From a bacterium (GTDB taxonomy: Bacteria; Zhuqueibacterota; Zhuqueibacteria; Oceanimicrobiales; Oceanimicrobiaceae), in NCBI GenBank assembly GCA_046757025.1, contig JBHHXN010000102.1, forward strand, positions 1 to 18,680: DNA of 18,680 nt, read 5' to 3'. The translations under genes and the position numbers were made by a program. Below are positions 7,884 through 14,079 of the stretch, piece after piece (the first letter of the stretch is position 1; each line of letters begins with the position of its first letter). The notes under the pieces were generated by a model. It was given only the letters and a program-made list of their open reading frames with translations, was not told the origin of the DNA and ran no database searches.

Positions 7884-8067
7884 TAGTGTTTGAACGAAAA
7901 TTCGAAAAATGCGCGATATAAAAACCTCATTGCGAAGGCGTTCCTTCGACAAAGCTCAGGACTGGCCCCTTAGGCAAAGCTCAGGACCAGCCCCGCAGAA
8001 CCAGGAAGGAATTAATCCTCGACCAGAAGGTCTTCGGGAAGTTCGGGTCGTTTTCGTTCAATCACTA
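7884..8067. mobile_element. MITE-like element (copy B), same TIR family as 56-218, opposite orientation
   Basis: Left TAGTGTTTGAACGAAAA (7884-7900); right TTTTCGTTCAATCACTA (8051-8067, reverse complement TAGTGATTGAACGAAAA), 16/17 match. Confidence 0.7.
7943..7992 (+). repeat. Two tandem 25-bp REP-like units of the CCTTCGACAAAGCTCAGGAC type
   Basis: CCTTCGACAAAGCTCAGGACTGGCC and CCTTAGGCAAAGCTCAGGACCAGCC, 21/25 identical. Resembles the common CTTCGAC(A)AGCTCAG intergenic repeat. Confidence 0.7.
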
Positions 8068-8118
8068 ATTAAAAAAAGTAATCCAAATCCCTTAAAAAAT
8101 CAAGTAATTTGTAGTGAG

Positions 8119-8871
8119 TTATTTTAATATTTCTTTCAAACGGTTATGACCGCTTTTGCTGATGGGAAGGGAATGACCGTTGGTTAAAATCAATTTGTAG
8201 GATTCTTTACCGTACAATTCGATTTGTTTGATCATAGAGATCTTTACGATGTATGAACGGTGAATTCGGATAAATTGCCCGGGGTCTAAATGTTGCTCAA
8301 AATATTTCATGGTTTTTTGTTTGAGGAACTCGCCTTCGCGGGTGTGCAGCATCACGTAGTCGTCCTGGGCTTCCAACCAGTACAAATGCGCCACCGGCAG
8401 AATGGTGATCTTCGAGCCGGTCTTGACCACGATGCGTTCCAGCAGCTCGGTTTGCTGTTCATGGTGGCTGACGATTTTTTGGATGACCCGGTCGTGCTCT
8501 GATTTATTATCAGTCAACTTCAAAGCGCGATGGACCGCTTCGTGAAATCTATCGCGGGTATAAGGTTTGAGCAAATAGTCCGCCGCGCTCACCTCAAAAG
8601 CTTTCAAAGCGTATTGATCGTACGCCGTGGAAAAAATGATCACCGGAGCGTCCTCCAGCAGCTCGAGCATTTCAAAGCCGGTGATTTTGGGCATCTGAAT
8701 GTCCAAAATGATCAGGTCTGGTTTGTGGTCGTGGATGGCTTTGAGCCCTTCGAAGCCGTTGCTGCATTCGGCCCGCACTTCGATGTTTGGGAAATCTGTC
8801 AAATAATTTTTGATGATATCGCGTGCGGGTTGTTCATCTTCGATGATCACCGCTTTGATGCGTACGGCCAT
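8119..8871 (-). CDS. LytTR-family two-component response regulator
   Basis: Receiver domain (IIEDE, LDIQMPKITGFE, FSTAYDQYALKAFE, DYLLKP) plus LytTR domain (LEAQDDYV, FIRIHRSYIV). Confidence 0.95.
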   Translation of the reverse strand: MAVRIKAVIIEDEQPARDIIKNYLTDFPNIEVRAECSNGFEGLKAIHDHKPDLIILDIQMPKITGFEMLELLEDAPVIIFSTAYDQYALKAFEVSAADYLLKPYTRDRFHEAVHRALKLTDNKSEHDRVIQKIVSHHEQQTELLERIVVKTGSKITILPVAHLYWLEAQDDYVMLHTREGEFLKQKTMKYFEQHLDPGQFIRIHRSYIVKISMIKQIELYGKESYKLILTNGHSLPISKSGHNRLKEILK

Positions 8872-8873
8872 AT

Positions 8874-9929
8874 TTACCTCGTATGGATTGGGATAAAAAT
8901 CGTCACTTTGAATTGCCTGCTGCCCTTTTGAATGTGCAGCAAGGATTTTTGTTTGTACAGCAGCTCCAGGCGATTTTCGATGTTTTTCAAACCGATGCCT
9001 TCTCCTTTTTTGGATAAGCCTTCCGGGTCGAAATCGTTTTCAAGGGAAAAAGTCATAAAATTGCCGTTCACAGAACAGGATAATTTGATCTTGATTTTGT
9101 CGATGCTTTCATAAACACCGTGTTTGATGGCATTCTCAAACAACGGTTGCAGCAGCATGTTGGGCACCAGAACATTCAGACATTCCTTTTGGATTTGTTC
9201 TTCAAAATCGAATTTATCTCCAAATCGTATTTTTTCGATATCCAGGTACAAACGGGCGCTGTCCAGCTCTTCTTTGAAGGTACTCTTTTGCTGCTCATTT
9301 TTTGAAAGGGTGTATCTTAAAAAGTCACCCAATTTAGCGGTCATTTCGCCTGCTTTTTTGGGGTCGGAGATGATCAATGAGTTGATGGAATTCAGACTGT
9401 TGAAAATGAAATGCGGATTGATTTGAAATTTCAACGATTTCAGCTCGGCTTCTTTTACTAGCGCCCGCAACTCCGCTTCTTTCAGTCGATGTTCCTGCAG
9501 GTTGGTGGCATATATGTGAACGTAGTAAAAGGTAATGGTGACAAAATAAAATAAAATGCCGATGGGAATGCGCCAGGTGAGCGACGATTGCAGAAAATTT
9601 CTGTAAATGGCGTCAACAGAAATGATTTGCACCAGCATGAAATAGCTGACGCCGATCCAGATGAACGTCACCACGATGGAAGCGGTTGAGTGGTGGAGAA
9701 GGATTTTCTGGAGATTGACTTTTTCCAGCGCAATGTACCGACAGGTGTACCAGAAACTGAGACCCAGCGCCGCAAACAGCAGATTGAAGGTTGCGCTGTC
9801 GAGGAGGCTGCGGTGCCAGGCCAATCCCTGATCCAGGTAAAGCACCAGAAACTGAATGACCGCGACGATGACCCATAAAGAAATATACAAATACAAGTAT
9901 TTGAAATTTCTCAGCAGCGGATTCGTCAT
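8874..9929 (-). CDS. LytS/YehU-type membrane sensor histidine kinase
   Basis: 4 N-terminal TMs; ELKSLKFQINPHFIFNSLNSI (His_kinase), LDIEKIRFG, LQPLFENAIKHG, GEGIGLKNIENRL. Confidence 0.95.
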   Translation of the reverse strand: MTNPLLRNFKYLYLYISLWVIVAVIQFLVLYLDQGLAWHRSLLDSATFNLLFAALGLSFWYTCRYIALEKVNLQKILLHHSTASIVVTFIWIGVSYFMLVQIISVDAIYRNFLQSSLTWRIPIGILFYFVTITFYYVHIYATNLQEHRLKEAELRALVKEAELKSLKFQINPHFIFNSLNSINSLIISDPKKAGEMTAKLGDFLRYTLSKNEQQKSTFKEELDSARLYLDIEKIRFGDKFDFEEQIQKECLNVLVPNMLLQPLFENAIKHGVYESIDKIKIKLSCSVNGNFMTFSLENDFDPEGLSKKGEGIGLKNIENRLELLYKQKSLLHIQKGSRQFKVTIFIPIHTR

Positions 9930-9965
9930 GGTTAACTAAATCCTCTTTTCACCAACAAAATAAGA

Positions 9966-10736
9966 TCAGGCATTCTTGATTTCCAGCCCGCCAAACATGA
10001 CAAATCCTTTTAGAATCAGGGTCTGGTCGTTTGGTTTCAAGCCGGTGGTGACCACGGCTCGGGAATCTTCAAAACCGCCAAAAATTGGCAGGCCTTTGAT
10101 GATAACATTCCAATCCTGTGGGACTTTTATTTCTGTGCCGCCAAACATGGTGAAAACATCTATGACATTTTCCCCATCGGATAATTTTACATTTCTTAAA
10201 TCGATTTCGGTGCCGCCAAACAGGGTCGTGATGGTGCCGCCGACGAAATTGTCCGAAGTCACGATTTTTTCGTTACCGCTAAAAATGGCCACCGCATCGA
10301 TGCGGTTTTCAAAGGTATTGGGCGTTTTTTTACTTGGCTCGGAACCGTATTTGTAGTACTTGTAAATGATGGAGCAGCCGATGCAGATCAAAATCAACGG
10401 CCAAAATTGCCACACGTCTCCCCAATCCAGATAATCCAGATTGAGCAGAAGAAGCAGCGTGCCCACAGCGATGAACATCATCCCGGAGTTGCGATCGTGA
10501 TGATAGGCGTTGCAGCAATAATCGCACGTGCTTTTGTTATGGTCCACTTCGTCTTTTGCGTGCTGAATTGGAGTTCGCAACCGCAACATTCCAACCGCGA
10601 TCAGGATGAGAGGCCACAGATGCCAGACGTCGCTCACATCGATGATGTCGAAGTTGTCCAGGAGAAACAGAAATCCTAACACAATAAGCCCGATTGCGAG
10701 CAGGTAATTTTGACCTTTTTTATGATGGCTGGTCAT
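9966..10736 (-). CDS. LiaF-like membrane protein (two DUF5668-like TM hairpins and a DUF2154-like C-terminal domain)
   Basis: Repeated motif LIxxGxLxLLxN...DVWxxWPLILI (2x). C-terminal AIFSG...TLFGGTEIDLR...TMFGGTEIKVPQDWNV...PIFGG...MFGGLEIKN. RBS AAGGAGA. Confidence 0.85.
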   Translation of the reverse strand: MTSHHKKGQNYLLAIGLIVLGFLFLLDNFDIIDVSDVWHLWPLILIAVGMLRLRTPIQHAKDEVDHNKSTCDYCCNAYHHDRNSGMMFIAVGTLLLLLNLDYLDWGDVWQFWPLILICIGCSIIYKYYKYGSEPSKKTPNTFENRIDAVAIFSGNEKIVTSDNFVGGTITTLFGGTEIDLRNVKLSDGENVIDVFTMFGGTEIKVPQDWNVIIKGLPIFGGFEDSRAVVTTGLKPNDQTLILKGFVMFGGLEIKNA

Positions 10737-10784
10737 GGTGTCTCCTTAAAATCTAATGGCGCACAATTTGGATTGATGTGTCAA

Positions 10785-10991
10785 TTAGAATCCTATCAGG
10801 TTTAACAGCTTTTCAAACACCCCTACGATGGTTGGTAGCACGTGATGAATTTTTTCAAGCGTGATGATTTTGTATTCAACGAGCTGAATGGTAATTCCAC
10901 TGACGATTAAAAACGTCGCAAAGGCGATGTCCAGATTTTTTGAGATAAAATGTTGTGTGTTCACTTTCTTATCATCCATTTTGTGTGCCAT
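10785..10991 (-). CDS. Small membrane protein, stand-alone degenerate DUF5668/LiaF-TM-like module
   Basis: 68 aa with one clear TM. ATFLIVSGITIQLVEYKIITLEKIHHVLP aligns with AIGLIVLGFLFLLDNFDIIDVSDVWHLWP of the downstream gene. First ORF after the LytTR box; no clear RBS. Confidence 0.55.
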   Translation of the reverse strand: MAHKMDDKKVNTQHFISKNLDIAFATFLIVSGITIQLVEYKIITLEKIHHVLPTIVGVFEKLLNLIGF

Positions 10992-11058
10992 GAATTGCCG
11001 TGCTCATGATTTGTTTTGAGCAAACTTACGAAACAAATTTTAATGAGGGTACACAAAA

Positions 11059-11087
11059 TCGGTGAACGCACGAATTGAGTCGGTGAA
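11059..11087 (-). promoter_or_regulatory. LytTR-type direct-repeat binding site
   Basis: On the - strand TTCACCGA-N13-TTCACCGA (21-bp period, two helical turns), upstream of the small-ORF/LiaF-like/LytS/LytTR operon. A TAAGTTTG -10-like element follows at 11028-11021. Confidence 0.7.
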
Positions 11088-11108
11088 ACCGGACTTTTTA
11101 CGAGATAC

Positions 11109-13292
11109 TCAAATTTGATTTAAAATAAAATTCGTCATCAGTGTGTACAGGTGCAGCCGGCCCTTACGAATGCCGTGGTATTCTCCCGGGTAAAACATGG
11201 TTTCAAATTGCTTGTGGTGCTTGATGAGCTCGTTCACTAGTGAAACAGAATTTTGAAAATGCACGTTGTCGTCGTCGGTGCCGTGCACAACCAGGAGTTT
11301 ACCGCGCAGATGTTTGGCATAATTCAGCGGTGCGCTGTCGTGGTAGCCCTGTGGATTCAAATGCGGCGTTTGCATGTAGCGTTCGGTGTAAATGGTGTCG
11401 TAGAATTTCCAGTGGGTGACCGGCGCGCCCGCAATGGCGGCTTTGAAGACGTCGTGACCTTTAAACAGACAAAAGCTGGCCATGTAACCGCCGTAGCTCC
11501 AGCCAAAAATGCCCATGCGCTGCGCGTCAATATACGGCAGCGAGCCTAAATATCGGGCGCCTTCAATTTGATCGTGCACTTCCCAGTAACCCAAATTTTT
11601 ATAGGTAATTTTTTTGAACTCGGTGCCGCGTCCGCCGGTGCCGCGGTTGTCGATGCTGGCGATGAGGTAGCCTTTCTGTGCCAGCAACTGAAACCACAAA
11701 TAGCGGCTGCCATCCCAGCTGTTGCGCACGGTCTGCGAACCCGGACCGCCGTAAACGTACATGAGCACCGGATATTTTTTAGCGGGATTAAAATTCACCG
11801 GTTTGATCATCCAACCATTAAGCTTCACACCGTCCGACGTTTTGAAAGAGAAAAATTCTTTTTTACTGAGAGCGAACTTTTTCAGCGTCTCCATTTCGTT
11901 TTCGATGAGTACGGACTTGAGCTCGCCCTCTGCTGTGAACAAAGCGGTTTTGGCAGCTACGTTCGCTTGTGAATAAGTGTCGATGTAGTGCTGGCGGTCG
12001 GGTGAAAATTGCACCCGGTGCCAGCCAGGTGTTTTTGTAAGACGCGTGATTTTTTCACCGCGAAAATCGACACGGTAGAGGTGGTTTTCCAAGGGCGTAT
12101 CTTTGGCCGCCATAAAATAGATCCATTGTTTTTTTTCATCCACCGCTTCCACTGTGCGCACTTCCCAGGCGCCACGGGTGATCTGTTTGACAGATTGACT
12201 CTTCAAATCGCATAAATAAATGTGTTTGAAGCCGTCTCTTTCGGACGTCCAGATGAATTGATTGGACTTTTTGAGGAAGGTCCAGTTATCGTCCAGCCGA
12301 ATCCACTTTGGGTCTGTGTCCGTAAAAATGATTTGGGTGTTTCCGCTGGAAATATCGCCCACTAAAAGCTCAGCTTTATTTTGCAAGCGATTGAGCCGGA
12401 TCAGCGCGAGCTGGTTTCCTTTTGGCAGCCATTTTATCCGAGGAATATAGATATCGTCAAAATCTCCAATATCCATCAAGACGTTTTTGCCGCTTTTGAC
12501 ATGCACCACGCCGATTTTGACGATGGAGTTGGCATCGCCGGCTTTGGGATAGCGCATGTGGTTCCAGTTCAAATGCAGCGAGTCGTAGTGAGCGATGTTG
12601 AATTCGGGTACGCGGTTTTCATCGAGCTGCCAATAAGCGATGTATTTGCCGTCCGGTGACCAGTGCCAGCCTTCGATGACGCCAAATTCTTCTTCGTACA
12701 CCCAGTCGAAGTGACCGTTTAAAATGTGCTCTTCGCCGTCGAAAGTCAATTGCTTTTCTTCTTTGGTTTTTAAATTGAGCATTACCAAATTGTTATCCCG
12801 CACAAAGGCGATGGCCTGGCCATCCGGCGAGAACTTAACGTTCACCTGATGTCGATCGGTGTCGGTTAACTGGTGCAAATTTTTAGTAGGCAGGTCAAAC
12901 AGATAAAAATTGCCGCTGCTTTTGGTCCTGCGGGCTCTTTGGGTTCCGGTAAATAACAGACTCTCGTGTTTGGGCGACCAGATACTGTTCCTGAACCGAA
13001 AGGGTTTTTTACCGTTGTTCATGGCGGTTATCTGACTGCCGGCGATAATAAGTTGACGCTTACCGGTGGCGATGTCATAGCGCAGGAAATTGGTCAGTTC
13101 GGTTTCTTCATTCCGTTCCTGGTAGATGAAGCTCTTACCGTCGTCCATCCATTCCAGTCCTCTGAGGGATCGTGTGCGAAACTGGTTTGATTTGAAGATA
13201 TCCTCTAAACTGAGCTGCTGGTTCGATTCCTGAGCAGTTACCAGAGTAAAACTGAAGATCATCATCAGCAGAATTTTACAAGTTGATTTCAT
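11109..13292 (-). CDS. Dipeptidyl-peptidase IV-like serine peptidase (S9B), secreted (727 aa)
   Basis: GWSYGG nucleophile, HGTDDDNVH (Asp), C-terminal YPGEYH (His), DWVYEEE motif and DPPIV_N propeller. Start set at ATG 13292, which has RBS GAGGAG (13304-13299) and is followed by signal peptide MKSTCKILLMMIFSFTLVTA. Confidence 0.93.
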   Translation of the reverse strand: MKSTCKILLMMIFSFTLVTAQESNQQLSLEDIFKSNQFRTRSLRGLEWMDDGKSFIYQERNEETELTNFLRYDIATGKRQLIIAGSQITAMNNGKKPFRFRNSIWSPKHESLLFTGTQRARRTKSSGNFYLFDLPTKNLHQLTDTDRHQVNVKFSPDGQAIAFVRDNNLVMLNLKTKEEKQLTFDGEEHILNGHFDWVYEEEFGVIEGWHWSPDGKYIAYWQLDENRVPEFNIAHYDSLHLNWNHMRYPKAGDANSIVKIGVVHVKSGKNVLMDIGDFDDIYIPRIKWLPKGNQLALIRLNRLQNKAELLVGDISSGNTQIIFTDTDPKWIRLDDNWTFLKKSNQFIWTSERDGFKHIYLCDLKSQSVKQITRGAWEVRTVEAVDEKKQWIYFMAAKDTPLENHLYRVDFRGEKITRLTKTPGWHRVQFSPDRQHYIDTYSQANVAAKTALFTAEGELKSVLIENEMETLKKFALSKKEFFSFKTSDGVKLNGWMIKPVNFNPAKKYPVLMYVYGGPGSQTVRNSWDGSRYLWFQLLAQKGYLIASIDNRGTGGRGTEFKKITYKNLGYWEVHDQIEGARYLGSLPYIDAQRMGIFGWSYGGYMASFCLFKGHDVFKAAIAGAPVTHWKFYDTIYTERYMQTPHLNPQGYHDSAPLNYAKHLRGKLLVVHGTDDDNVHFQNSVSLVNELIKHHKQFETMFYPGEYHGIRKGRLHLYTLMTNFILNQI

Positions 13293-13484
13293 ATTCGACT
13301 CCTCGATATGTTGGTTGACTTTGTGGTCAACAATATAATGCAATCGAACAAAAAATCAAGAAATATTTATTTTGAAACATTGAGAATGACGACGATCCGA
13401 TTCCGTGTGTTGCAGTGTCTTGGGCAAGCTCTGCAATCCATTGAGCGGGGATGAAATTGCGCGCAACGCGTGTTCGATTATTTT

Positions 13485-13929
13485 AACCACGGATTTACAC
13501 AACGCGGCTTCAGCCGTAACCAAAATGTAAAACGCAGAGAACGCCGAGTGCGCAAAGCAGCGCAGAGAAAAAGAAATATTCTAAATAATAACAATAATTT
13601 TGGTAGTTTGGGATTGTCTTACTGCTTTTCGCTTATTGAAAACAAAAACTCTGAGAATCCCTGCCGTGCTTCGCTCCTCTGTGTTAATGGCTTTCACGCT
13701 ATACAGATTATTGGCAATCGGAGCCGCTCTGAAACTTTTCAAAAAAAACACCATGTTGCAGGATTGTAGTACGGATAAAATATAGATATTCATTTTTTCT
13801 AATTCAAAAACCCGTTGCTGATTGGGATGGCAAACAAGCTCATCACTACAAAAATCAAAATGTTAACCAATATGTTTATCACTTTATTTATTCATACTAT
13901 TTCGTGCAAATCAGTGTAAATCTGTGGCT
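13485..13929. repeat. Nested palindromic non-coding element (outer CCACGGATTTACAC inverted repeat enclosing an AACGCAGAG-type inverted pair)
   Basis: Outer: AACCACGGATTTACAC (13485-13500) versus GTGTAAATCTGTGGCT (13914-13929), 14/16. Inner: 37-nt AACGCAGAG...CGCAGAG (13531-13567) versus 37-nt CTCTGAG...CTCTGTGTT (13649-13685), matching mainly at the ends. AT-rich fillers. Confidence 0.6.
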
Positions 13930-14008
13930 CAGTGTGGTTGGTTTTCGCTCAAAACCGCTTGCTGATTTCATTAGTGTGATTCCAGCGAGTCATCGACCTT
14001 CAACAAAT

Positions 14009-14040
14009 AAAAAAGGGGCAGGTATTGAATACCCGCCCCT
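14009..14040 (-). terminator. Rho-independent terminator of the large surface-protein gene
   Basis: On the - strand AGGGGCGGGTATT-C-AATACCTGCCCCT followed by TTTTT, about 40 nt after the stop at 14080. Confidence 0.85.
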
Positions 14041-14079
14041 CTTTTGCGTGGAGGCTAAATTTTGGGTCACAAGGAAAGG

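Noticed and set aside
7943..7992. Possible mini-CRISPR
   Set aside because: Only two adjacent units with no spacer, and no cas genes in the window.
7909..8127. 72-aa + strand ORF
   Set aside because: It is a translation of the REP-like/TIR element (SFDKAQD-type repeat peptide), with no RBS.
13410..13436. Hairpin TTGCAG..CTTG/CAAG..CTGCAA, and another near 13957-13990, as possible ncRNA or riboswitch
   Set aside because: Short imperfect stems with no recognisable family motif; the first lies upstream of the predicted DPP-IV promoter.
13470..13793. Short ORFs (99, 70 and 61 aa) in the large intergenic gap
   Set aside because: They read through palindromic arms and AT-rich filler; no transposase, toxin or GxxExxY motif is visible.
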